NCBI GenBank assembly: GCA_964612455.1
Contig: CAZTCB010000003.1
Coordinates: forward strand, 1,953-65,952
DNA: 64,000 nt
Direction: 5' to 3'
Source: an uncultured Subdoligranulum sp.
Lineage (GTDB): Bacteria > Bacillota > Clostridia > Christensenellales > CAG-314
Both the position numbers and the translations under genes were made by a program. The notes beneath the pieces were generated by a model that had not been told where the DNA came from, searched no databases, and saw nothing but the letters and a program-made list of their open reading frames with translations. How positions within the stretch are numbered: the stretch's first letter is position 1; every line of letters begins with the position of its first letter. Below are positions 1-8,413 of this stretch, piece after piece.

Positions 1-92
1 TTTAGTGATTTTTGAGGAGCGTATACAACGGAATAGCGATTGTTAACGTTAGGTCAATCGCGGCACCGCAGATGAAAGTCCCCTAACAAAAA

Positions 93-118
93 AACGAACT
101 CCAACTCGAGTTCGTTTT
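93..118. terminator. Intrinsic terminator hairpin, usable in both directions
   Basis: Perfect 9-bp stem aacgaactc/gagttcgtt (93-101/108-116), with an A-run upstream and a T-run downstream. It lies directly 3' of the minus-strand tRNA-Leu. Confidence 0.7.
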
Positions 119-126
119 ATTTAAAA

Positions 127-210
127 TGGTGCGACCAAAGGGACTTGAACCCCCACGTCGAGGACAATAGATCCTAAGTCTATCGCGTCTGCCAGTTTCG
201 CCATGGTCGC
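127..210 (-). tRNA. tRNA-Leu (anticodon UAG), type II with long variable arm, CCA encoded
   Basis: The reverse complement folds as acceptor GCGACCA/TGGTCGC, anticodon stem ATAGA/TCTAT with loop CTTAGGA, T-loop GGTTCAAGTCC, discriminator A and CCA. Confidence 0.9.
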
Positions 211-294
211 ACACCGAGTATAATAGCACAAAACGCGCGGATTATCAAGTTTTTTACCAAAAGTTTATTGTTTTTAACATTTTGTCGTTTCGTT

Positions 295-1785
295 TTAAAC
301 CCAGTTGTTACCCGACTGCTGCTCCCGACCGAGTATTTCTTTGGCTCTGTTTATTAAAGCCGCGTAATCTTGAGTATCGACGCGATTTTCCTCCGAGGGG
401 ACGTATCCGACGCCGTGTATATTGGTATCGGTGACGGCGGAAAAATACTCCGCCACGGTGTAGTACACGCCGTAGTAAAAAGTCAGCTCCTTTCCGTCAC
501 GGACAAAAGTGCCTCTGCTCGTCAAAAGAACGTTTACCGTCTGCGCTATACCCTTTCCGTAACTCGTCGAGCCTATCTGCGTCGCCGTCCCGTAGTCAAG
601 CAGGCACCCGAGGAGAAGTTCACTTGCGCTTGCGGAATTGCCGTCGGTAATCACGACGATAGGTTTTGCGTTTTTGCCTGCGCTCACGTCAAAATAATCG
701 CCGAAATACACTCCGTCGGTGTAATAAGTGCCCAACGTAGCGCCGCCTTTGCCCTTGAGCGTCGTCACGAGCAACTTTTCGGCATTCGGGTTGTCAAAAT
801 CGTAAATCAGATAAGACGCTATCGACGTTGCCTCGCTGATATCCCCGCCCGGATTGCCGGTCAAATCGAGGATAAGCTTTCCTTTGCCCTTGTAAACCGT
901 CTTGAATATCTGCATGGCGGCGGCAAACTGTTTTGACGAAGAGTCGACGACCTGTTCATCCTCGTAAACCGACTCGAAACTATTGAGTTTGACGTACCCG
1001 ACGTCGGTACCGTCGAGGTCTGTCAGATTGTGTTTGGCTATCAACGCGGCGTCGGTAATGTCGGTATAAGAAGAACCGAAGTAATAATCGACGAAATTGT
1101 TTTCGTAACGCTGTTTCGTAACCGATATCTTCAACACCGAGAGGTCGTCGCTGTCGGCAGCGGTATCGAGCCCGCGAATAACCGTCAGCGTAACCGTCGC
1201 GCCGTAATCGCCGGACAACGCCGACTGTATTTCTTCGGACGCGGCGTTTCTTACGTCGACGGTCGCACCGTCTTTATCGATAAGTATCACTATGTCGCCG
1301 ACACGCAAATCGCTGACGTACGCTCCGCTCCCGTAAGAAATGCTGTGTACGTAATAGCCCGTCGTGATATTCAAAAAGCTGATACCGTAGGTGGGCGTCG
1401 ACGTATCCGACGACGGGTAATATACGTCGTACAATTGCTCGGGACTGAGCAAATACCCGTAGTTGTCGACGGTTTGCAACATACTCGTCCCCGCGTTTAA
1501 CAACATCTGCGTTTTTATTTCTTCCCACGTCGCTTCGTCGTAATAAATACTATTGTCTTTTACCGTCTGCAAGACGTCGTCCAATATCTCGGTTTCGTTG
1601 GTTTTTACCACTTGTCCGACGATAATGCCGACGACAAATACCGCCACGAGCGCAACGATAGTCAGTACGTTGTGAACAAATTTGTTTCTGTTTCGCGTCG
1701 GTACGGGCGGAGGATTGGAGTAACCGGCACCCGTATCGGCGTATGCCGCCTGTTGTCTGTTGTATTCTTCGTCAAAAAAATCCAT
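295..1785 (-). CDS. S41 family C-terminal processing peptidase (Ctp-like) with an N-terminal TM anchor and a PDZ-like segment
   Basis: 496-aa ORF. It carries the S41 serine motif GNSASASELL and a downstream SYGKGIAQ Lys motif, a TM helix (VLTIVALVAVFVVGIIVGQVV), and a GGGGG RBS 7 nt upstream of the ATG. Confidence 0.85.
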   Translation of the reverse strand: MDFFDEEYNRQQAAYADTGAGYSNPPPVPTRNRNKFVHNVLTIVALVAVFVVGIIVGQVVKTNETEILDDVLQTVKDNSIYYDEATWEEIKTQMLLNAGTSMLQTVDNYGYLLSPEQLYDVYYPSSDTSTPTYGISFLNITTGYYVHSISYGSGAYVSDLRVGDIVILIDKDGATVDVRNAASEEIQSALSGDYGATVTLTVIRGLDTAADSDDLSVLKISVTKQRYENNFVDYYFGSSYTDITDAALIAKHNLTDLDGTDVGYVKLNSFESVYEDEQVVDSSSKQFAAAMQIFKTVYKGKGKLILDLTGNPGGDISEATSIASYLIYDFDNPNAEKLLVTTLKGKGGATLGTYYTDGVYFGDYFDVSAGKNAKPIVVITDGNSASASELLLGCLLDYGTATQIGSTSYGKGIAQTVNVLLTSRGTFVRDGKELTFYYGVYYTVAEYFSAVTDTNIHGVGYVPSEENRVDTQDYAALINRAKEILGREQQSGNNWV

Positions 1786-1789
1786 TTAA

Positions 1790-2449
1790 TTACCCCCTTG
1801 TTTTAAAGTCGTCGTTATTCGGCGTCGCGTCAAAAAGCAAAAAATCGTACGTCTTGCCGAAAGCATATTTTTTATCGTCCGAAAGCACCAATATCGCGCA
1901 CCCGTCTGCCGTCTTTTGCTCGATATTGCGTTTCAAAAAGTCATCCGTCTCGGTATCTGCCCCGAAACAGCCGTCGAGAATAATCAAAGATACGTCACGG
2001 CAAAACGCCCGAGCAAAAGCCAAACGCATTTTGTCCGCATCGGAGAGCATTTTTACTTTTTGTTTAGGTTTGACGTTTAATCCGTATTCTCTCAACTTGA
2101 CCTCGGCAAGTTTAAACGCGTCTTTTTTTTCTTTACCGCGCACCGTCAGCCCGTACGCCGCGTTTTTCAGCACCGTTCCCTTTTGGTACAGCGTCGGATA
2201 CGTTATATACGCAAAATTCCGTTTTTCGGGCGGGACGGAGTCAAGCGGGCGGTCGTTTAAAAAAATTTCGCCTTTGGTGAGTTTCAGCAATCCGACCAAA
2301 ACCTTTGCCAACGTCGTCTTACCGCCAAACTTGTCAATCAATAGCGTACAAACGCTACCCGTCTCCACCGAAAAAGATAAATCGGTAAATATAAACGCGT
2401 CATCGTAGTGGTACTTGTACGCAATTTTTTCCGCCCTTATCAAACTCAT
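1790..2449 (-). CDS. ABC-transporter-like ATPase with degenerate catalytic motifs (orphan, no permease nearby)
   Basis: ABC fold is recognisable, but Walker A reads DKFGGKTT, the signature reads LSDADK (canonical LSGGQ) and Walker B reads IILDGC (catalytic Glu replaced by Gly). I chose the start at MSLIRAEK, which forms an ATGA overlap with the upstream HD gene stop. Confidence 0.7.
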   Translation of the reverse strand: MSLIRAEKIAYKYHYDDAFIFTDLSFSVETGSVCTLLIDKFGGKTTLAKVLVGLLKLTKGEIFLNDRPLDSVPPEKRNFAYITYPTLYQKGTVLKNAAYGLTVRGKEKKDAFKLAEVKLREYGLNVKPKQKVKMLSDADKMRLAFARAFCRDVSLIILDGCFGADTETDDFLKRNIEQKTADGCAILVLSDDKKYAFGKTYDFLLFDATPNNDDFKTRG

Positions 2450-3021
2450 AATCTGAGTTCGTCCAAGGTCAGCGTAAACGCATCGATGCAATTGTCGAGA
2501 AAATAGTCCACTTCTTTGCTGGCGTAACTCTTAAGTTCTCTCAATATCGTCTCTTTCGCTTTTACAAACTCCGTATTGCCGTATTGCACTTCTTTGACGC
2601 ACTTAATATAAGCGCAAAGTTTGTCGGCGTACTTGACGAAAACATGTTCTTCCTCAACGTCGTCGTCCAGCAAACGAGTATAGACGGGTTGCAATTGCGA
2701 CGGTAGCTGAGCAATCAACTTTTCCGCCGCGAGCTTCTCCACCGCTTTATAATTTTTCTTTAATTCAGGGTTTAAATACTTTACGGGGGTAGGCATGTCT
2801 CCCGTAAAAATCTCGCTCACGTCATGAAACAACGCCTTGGTAGCAATCCTTTCGGAGTCAAGCCCATTGCCGAAAAACACGTTTGATATCTCTGCGAGAG
2901 CATGCGCCACCACTGCCGTCAAAAAAGAATGTTCCATGAGATTTTCACTCTCGGTGTTACGCATGAGTCCCCAGCGATTGATATATTTAGTCCTGTAAAT
3001 AAAGGCAAAAAATTTTTCCAT
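2446..3021 (-). CDS. HD-domain phosphohydrolase, YfbR-like 5'-deoxynucleotidase
   Basis: 191 aa with NRWGLMRN, HSFLTAVVAHAL and the motif HDVSEIFTGDMPTPVK typical of the YfbR family. There is an AAGGTG RBS. Confidence 0.8.
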   Translation of the reverse strand: MEKFFAFIYRTKYINRWGLMRNTESENLMEHSFLTAVVAHALAEISNVFFGNGLDSERIATKALFHDVSEIFTGDMPTPVKYLNPELKKNYKAVEKLAAEKLIAQLPSQLQPVYTRLLDDDVEEEHVFVKYADKLCAYIKCVKEVQYGNTEFVKAKETILRELKSYASKEVDYFLDNCIDAFTLTLDELRL

Positions 3022-3159
3022 AACCTACACCTTTTATATTCTACCATATATCCCGAAAAAATACTCGTTTTTAAAAACACTTTTTTCACTTTTTTAAAAT
3101 GTCGTTTTTCTCTTGACACTCCGACTAAAAAGTGATATAGTGAAAAAAGCGAAATAAGT

Positions 3160-3287
3160 TTGCACTTTTATTGGGGGTGCCGCAAGGCTGAGATTATACC
3201 CCTCGAACCTGTCAAGGTAATGCTTGCGTAGGGAGAATAACTGTTTTTTGGTGTTTTAGTCCTACGAAAGTGTAGGACTTTTTTTCG
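3160..3287 (+). promoter_or_regulatory. TPP (THI-box) riboswitch with terminator expression platform
   Basis: Conserved blocks GGGGTGC..GGCTGAGA..ACCC..GAACCTG..GGTAATGC..GCGTAGGGAG are present. They are followed by the hairpin agtcctac/gtaggact (3258-3279) and a T6 run, immediately upstream of thiT. Confidence 0.9.
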
Positions 3288-3319
3288 CGAATTTTGTCAT
3301 AAAAAAGGAGGTAAACGTT

Positions 3320-3997
3320 ATGACAATTTTTGCTCTTTGTTTCGCCGATATGACCGAAACTACCGCAACGGTAATCTCTATCGGCACAATCGTCCTTTTG
3401 TTGCTCGTGCTCGTGGTTTTATCTGCCTGCAACAAAAAAATGGATACTCGCAGCATCGCTTTTGCGGGGGTATCCGTCGCCCTGTCTTTCGCGCTGTCTT
3501 TCGTCAAGTTTAAAGTCAACGCAAACGGAGGAAGTATCACCGTCGCAAGTATGCTGCCGATAATCCTCTACGCCTATTTCTTCGGACCGGTCAGAGGACT
3601 AACGGTGGGGCTTATACACGGACTGCTTCAATTTGTCGAATCAGCCTACGTCATATCCCCGTTGTCGTTCTTTTTGGACTATCCGTTGGCGTTTGCGGGG
3701 GTTGCGTTTGCTGGAGTCATGGGGGTAGTGCTTAAAAACAAGCCGAAAATCGCACTGATATCCGGAGCGGTACTTGCTTTCGTTTTCAGATTTATCATGC
3801 ATTTTTGTTCCGGATTTTTATACTACGCGGATATGTCCCCTGCGGCGGCATGGCAAGCCAACTTTATCTATCAATGCTCTTACGTGCCGATAGACGCCGC
3901 CATTTGTCTCGTCTTGCTCGTAGCTCTGGTGGTCAGCCCCGGCTTTAACGCGCTTAAACGCATCATGCATCCGACGGAACAACCTGTCGAAAATTAA
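3320..3997 (+). CDS. thiT: Thiamine ECF-transporter S component ThiT (with an extra N-terminal TM segment)
   Basis: 225-aa polytopic membrane protein directly downstream of the TPP riboswitch. It has a GGAGG RBS and ThiT-like GGSITVASMLPIILYAYFFGP and GLIHGLLQF segments. Confidence 0.8.
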   Translation: MTIFALCFADMTETTATVISIGTIVLLLLVLVVLSACNKKMDTRSIAFAGVSVALSFALSFVKFKVNANGGSITVASMLPIILYAYFFGPVRGLTVGLIHGLLQFVESAYVISPLSFFLDYPLAFAGVAFAGVMGVVLKNKPKIALISGAVLAFVFRFIMHFCSGFLYYADMSPAAAWQANFIYQCSYVPIDAAICLVLLVALVVSPGFNALKRIMHPTEQPVEN

Positions 3998-4029
3998 AAT
4001 ACGTCTCTTAACGTACTGTCATTTTTTAC

Positions 4030-4058
4030 GGCGTAGTTTTTAACTACGCCTTTTTTTT
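4030..4058 (+). terminator. Intrinsic terminator after thiT
   Basis: Stem ggcgtagtt/aactacgcc followed by T8. Confidence 0.85.
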
Positions 4059-4183
4059 GACTCTTTTACGTTTATTTCGTTGCAAAATGCGCCCATTTGA
4101 CCACTATCGCGACAAATATCGACAAATATATTTGTGTTTGGCATAAAGTATGCTATAATAAAAATATTTAAGGAGAATGTGCA

Positions 4184-5053
4184 ATGTTAACGATATTTAC
4201 AGATACAGATACCGACTTTACGCCGAAAGACGCTGCGGAATACGGGTTTAAACTCATCAGCATGCCGTACGTTTTGGACGAAAAAGAAATCAAACCGTAC
4301 GTTGACTTTGACAACTTTGATTATCACGAATTTTATCAAAGGCTTCGCGACGGCGCCACGCCCCACACGTCCGCAATCAGCGCGGACGACTACATAGGGT
4401 ACTTTGAACCGGAGTTTGCCGCGGGAAACGATATACTATATATCCATTTTTCCGCTGCCATGAGTTGTACGTTTGACAATCTCGACAAGGCGTTGAAAAT
4501 ATTGAAAGAAAAGTATCCCGACAGGAAATACTACTCTATCGACACGAAAGCAATCACTATATGCAGTTACAACATCGTCAAAGCAATCGGAGATTTGTTT
4601 AAACAAGGTAAATCGCTCGAGTACGTCCTCGACTGGGCAAAGAGAGAAGTGGATAAACACGCGGTTTATTTTTACGCAAGCGACCTCAGATTTTTTGCTC
4701 GCAGCGGCAGGATAAGCAATCTTTCCGCCGTGGCGGGTACTCTCATAGGTATTCATCCCGTACTGACCATGACCGAAAAAGGCATAATGACTACCGTCTG
4801 CAAAGTCAGAGGCGAAAAAGCGACATTGAGAAAAATCGCGGATTTCGTGCAGGAACTCGCCGACGATATCAAAGGGCATAGAGTCGTCATCGGTCACACC
4901 GATTGTTTGCCCCTTGCGGAAAAACTTGCCGCCATTCTTCGCGAACGCTTTGGTGACGACCTGAATATAGAATATCGCGTCGTCAACCCCACGGCAGGCA
5001 GTCACTGCGGTCCCGACTGCATCGGCGTTACTTTTCATTCTATACGCAGATAA
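4184..5053 (+). CDS. DegV family fatty-acid-binding protein
   Basis: 289 aa with a typical DegV layout (IFTDTDTDF..., SAAMSCTF, GRISNLSAVAGTLIGIHPVL). Confidence 0.85.
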   Translation: MLTIFTDTDTDFTPKDAAEYGFKLISMPYVLDEKEIKPYVDFDNFDYHEFYQRLRDGATPHTSAISADDYIGYFEPEFAAGNDILYIHFSAAMSCTFDNLDKALKILKEKYPDRKYYSIDTKAITICSYNIVKAIGDLFKQGKSLEYVLDWAKREVDKHAVYFYASDLRFFARSGRISNLSAVAGTLIGIHPVLTMTEKGIMTTVCKVRGEKATLRKIADFVQELADDIKGHRVVIGHTDCLPLAEKLAAILRERFGDDLNIEYRVVNPTAGSHCGPDCIGVTFHSIRR

Positions 5054-5067
5054 CGGGCGGCGTTCTT

Positions 5068-6192
5068 GTGATTTCGGTAAAAGAAGTACGGACGAGAAAG
5101 CAACAAAAAGAGTTTCTCGACTTTCCGCTTAAACTGTACAAAAACAACCCCTATTTCGTTCCGCCCCTATACTGCGACGAGAAAAAAATTTTTTGCCGCG
5201 ACTACTTTTATCTCGATCAGGCAGAAGCCGTTTATTTCAACGCATACGCCGACGGCAAAATCGTAGGGAGAATCAGCGGTATAATACAACGAGCGAGCAA
5301 CGAAAAAAACGGGGAAAAACGCGTCAGATTTACCAGATTTGACTCAATCGACGACCAAAAAGTAGCCGACGCGTTGTTTAGTGCCGTAGAAAACTGGGCA
5401 AAAACCAAAGGAATGGATACGGTATGCGGACCTTTGGGTTTTTCGGACCTCGAGCGCGAAGGACTGCTCATCGACGGATTCGATCAGCTCTCCACGTTTG
5501 AAGAACAATACAATTATCCGTATTACCAACGATTGATAGAAAATCTCGGCTACACCAAAGAAGTCGATTGGGTTGAACACAAATTGCGTCTGCCGGAGAC
5601 GGACAGCGACCGACTCGACCGTATCGGCGGGTACATGATGAAAAAATACAACCTTCGTTTCGGCACTGCGAAAAATACCCGCGATTTTATAAAAAAATAC
5701 GGCGACGGTTTTTTTGAAATTTTGGATTTGACGTACAAAGATATATACGGCACCGTTCCCTTTACGGAAGGAATGAAAAAGATGATGATAAAAAACTTTA
5801 ATCTCATCATCAACCTTGACGACGTAACCGTTATCCTTGACGAAAACGACGACATCGTGTGTTTCGGTATATTTTTTCCGTCTATCGCCAAAGCGATACA
5901 AAAATCGGGCGGCAGGTTGACGGTCCCTACCCTTTTCAGGCTGCTCAAAGCAATAAAACATCCGAAAGTCATAGATTTCGGACTCATCGGCGTTTTACCT
6001 CGATATGCGGGCAAGGGTATCAGCTCCGTATTGATTGGTCGCGCCAAAAATATAATGCGGCAACAAAATATCCTCTACGCCGAAACAAACCTAAACCTCG
6101 AAACAAACGCCAATATCATCAATCAATGGAAGTCTTTCGATTGCACGAGGCACAAGCGCCGCCGCGCTTTCGTAAAAAAACTGTACGATTGA
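5068..6192 (+). CDS. GNAT-superfamily N-acetyltransferase-like protein (long, 374 aa, function unknown)
   Basis: GTG start 15 nt after the degV stop. The C-terminal acetyl-CoA-type segment is GVLPRYAGKGISSVLIGRA. The N-terminal region is conserved-looking but of unknown function. Confidence 0.6.
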   Translation: MISVKEVRTRKQQKEFLDFPLKLYKNNPYFVPPLYCDEKKIFCRDYFYLDQAEAVYFNAYADGKIVGRISGIIQRASNEKNGEKRVRFTRFDSIDDQKVADALFSAVENWAKTKGMDTVCGPLGFSDLEREGLLIDGFDQLSTFEEQYNYPYYQRLIENLGYTKEVDWVEHKLRLPETDSDRLDRIGGYMMKKYNLRFGTAKNTRDFIKKYGDGFFEILDLTYKDIYGTVPFTEGMKKMMIKNFNLIINLDDVTVILDENDDIVCFGIFFPSIAKAIQKSGGRLTVPTLFRLLKAIKHPKVIDFGLIGVLPRYAGKGISSVLIGRAKNIMRQQNILYAETNLNLETNANIINQWKSFDCTRHKRRRAFVKKLYD

Positions 6193-6213
6193 CAAACAAA
6201 TTTAACTAAAAAA

Positions 6214-6255
6214 ACCGCGTCCCCGCAACTTTTTCGTTCAGGCACGCGGTTTTTA
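6214..6255. terminator. Bidirectional terminator between the GNAT gene and the Nudix gene
   Basis: Stem accgcgt/acgcggt with an A-run before and a T-run after, between convergent genes. Confidence 0.6.
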
Positions 6256-6308
6256 ACTGCTTATCGTTAAGAACAATCGAAATCGATTCAATTTTAAGAG
6301 AAACACGG

Positions 6309-6704
6309 CTAAAACTCGTCGCTCTCTGCTTTTATCTTTTTTAAAACGGCGACGTCCGCCGGACAAAAAACGTAATCGTCTATTTGCGACGGTTTTATCC
6401 ATGCAAACGCATTGTGCTCCAGCAATTTCGGGAAACCATCCGAAATCGCGGCGTTAAATACGGTAAGGTGTATATCGAGATCGGGATAACGGTGCGTGAC
6501 GTCGCAAAAAACGTTTTTTACCGTTACCGTGATATCCAATTCTTCTTTGCACTCTCTGACGAGTGCCTCCGACCGTGTTTCGCCCGTTTCTACTTTACCG
6601 CCGACAAACTCCCACTGCAACCCGCGGGTTTTTTGCGGCGGGCGTTGGCAAATCAAAAACCTTCCTTCTTCGTCCTTTATCAACGCGGCTACCACTTCTT
6701 TCAT
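6309..6704 (-). CDS. Nudix hydrolase (MutT-like)
   Basis: 131 aa with Nudix box GGKVETGETRSEALVRECKEELDI. Confidence 0.85.
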   Translation of the reverse strand: MKEVVAALIKDEEGRFLICQRPPQKTRGLQWEFVGGKVETGETRSEALVRECKEELDITVTVKNVFCDVTHRYPDLDIHLTVFNAAISDGFPKLLEHNAFAWIKPSQIDDYVFCPADVAVLKKIKAESDEF

Positions 6705-6719
6705 TTTTGCTGCTCCGAG

Positions 6720-7319
6720 TTATTGTTTTCTCTCGTACAAATCGACTATGAGGTCTACGCACGTATCGATTCCCAATCGTCCGCTATCGAGAGCAACGTC
6801 GTAGTTTTTGGCGTCGCCCCACTCCATGCCCGTGTAAAACTTGTAAAACTTTTTACGCCGCTTATCTTTGTCGGCAAGACGCTTTAGGGGCTTGTCCTCT
6901 CTTTCGCCGTATACTTCGACTATACGCTTTGCCCTAAAATCCATATCGGCATGAATAAACACTTTTAAACAATCGGCAATATCGCGCAGTAAATAGTCCG
7001 CACACCTGCCGACTATTACGCAGGATTCTCTTTCGCCTATCTCCCTGATAATCCTGCTTTGCACCATCCATACCTCATCCTGAAGCGAATACCCGTTTGC
7101 GTTTTTACCTGCCACCGCACTGCTGAAAAACGGGCGGGAAACGTAATACTCTCCCTGGTCTTTCAAAAAGTCAGGGTGAAAACCGCTCTCCGACGCAACT
7201 TTTTGCAATATTTCCTCGTCATAACAAGGTACTCCGAGCCTCTCGGCAACACTTTTTCCGATAGTACGCCCCGCACTGCCAAACTCTCTGCTGATTGTAA
7301 TAATCTTTTGTTTATTCAT
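6720..7319 (-). CDS. Cytidylate-kinase-like family P-loop protein
   Basis: 199 aa. The N-terminal ITISREFGSAGRTIG motif and overall layout match the cytidylate kinase-like family 2. Confidence 0.7.
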   Translation of the reverse strand: MNKQKIITISREFGSAGRTIGKSVAERLGVPCYDEEILQKVASESGFHPDFLKDQGEYYVSRPFFSSAVAGKNANGYSLQDEVWMVQSRIIREIGERESCVIVGRCADYLLRDIADCLKVFIHADMDFRAKRIVEVYGEREDKPLKRLADKDKRRKKFYKFYTGMEWGDAKNYDVALDSGRLGIDTCVDLIVDLYERKQ

Positions 7320-7459
7320 ATTAGCCTCCTTTACTTTTAAACGGGAAATGCCGCCATGACCATATTATAGCAAATGCTCACCGAAAAAACAATACCAAAA
7401 ATCAAATTTTCACAAAAAACGTTTTTCGCAGTCAAAATGACGGTACGCAGTCTGCCGCG

Positions 7460-7996
7460 TCACACCACGTACCAATTTTCGTAATACTTTTTCAATTGAC
7501 GAGTAAGCTCGACGCCCGCTATTTTTTCTACCGGACTAAAAAGCGTGTCCGTCAGCCCGTCGTCTGTTTTTTCGCCACTTACGTCGGTTTTCGCGTGCAT
7601 ATCGGTCGGAGTGACGGAGTCGTGTTGAGCGGGCGCCGACTTTGAGGAAGAAAAATCGTCACGATTTTCGCATGCGTCTGCACCGACGTCGGACGTAGAC
7701 GAGTCGGACTGTTTTTCGGCAGAATCGTTGTTCATAAGATTGCTGACGATATTCATTGCCATCGGATTCGACATGATTTCGCCCAAAACCTCACCCATAT
7801 CGCCTTTGTTGTCGCGTATTTTATTAAACGTCGACATCAACTGCAATGCCTGCTGTGCGTTTTCGAGATTGTCAAAAATCCCGCCGTTTTTGCCCGTCGA
7901 ACCGCTTAAATCGGACGATTTTTTTTCGTTGCGTCCCCCTGCCCCCGACATCGATTTAAACAACAAAAAAAACAATATAAGCGGCAAAAAATTCAT
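7460..7996 (-). CDS. Hypothetical secreted Ser/Asp-rich protein
   Basis: The start is trimmed to MNFLPLILFFLLF (signal-like), preceded by a GAGGAGG RBS. The central region is low-complexity and acidic, and I recognise no family. Confidence 0.5.
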   Translation of the reverse strand: MNFLPLILFFLLFKSMSGAGGRNEKKSSDLSGSTGKNGGIFDNLENAQQALQLMSTFNKIRDNKGDMGEVLGEIMSNPMAMNIVSNLMNNDSAEKQSDSSTSDVGADACENRDDFSSSKSAPAQHDSVTPTDMHAKTDVSGEKTDDGLTDTLFSPVEKIAGVELTRQLKKYYENWYVV

Positions 7997-8087
7997 GTTT
8001 TTTCCTCCTCGCACCGTTTGACCGTGCTCATTATAGTTTATGCGAGCATATATTGCATAGTGAACAGTTTTTTTAAGGAGAAAAAAT

Positions 8088-8384
8088 ATGACGAAAAACG
8101 ACAACGATTTCTTTTTTAATCAAAATCCGCCGAAAGACGCCGCCCGCGTCGATACCAAAAACCTTGCGGCTCAGGCGCAAACGTTTAAAAACCTCGCCGA
8201 TTACTATGATAAAAACGGACAGGACAAATTGATAACGGATATCGTTTCCGCCGTACGCGCTCAAAAAGCCAACGGCTCGCTAAACGACGAACAACTCAAA
8301 CGTTTTGCAAAAACCGTTTCGCCTATGCTTAACGCGACTCAACGTCAAAAACTCGAGGAGCTGCTAAAACGACTCATGGATTGA
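8088..8384 (+). CDS. Hypothetical small helical protein (98 aa)
   Basis: AAGGAG RBS. The stop codon lies in the loop of a 13-bp terminator hairpin. No recognisable domain. Confidence 0.5.
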   Translation: MTKNDNDFFFNQNPPKDAARVDTKNLAAQAQTFKNLADYYDKNGQDKLITDIVSAVRAQKANGSLNDEQLKRFAKTVSPMLNATQRQKLEELLKRLMD

Positions 8385-8400
8385 TACCCATGAGTCGTTT
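8367..8400. terminator. Hairpin between the convergent 98-aa gene and clpB
   Basis: Perfect 13-bp stem aaacgactcatgg/ccatgagtcgttt. Confidence 0.6.
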
Positions 8401-8413
8401 ACGGCGGTAAAAA

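Noticed and set aside
1-92. Possible end of a plus-strand gene or structured RNA at the window edge
   Set aside because: Only a 14-codon open frame ending at 43-45 is visible. There is too little sequence to call anything.
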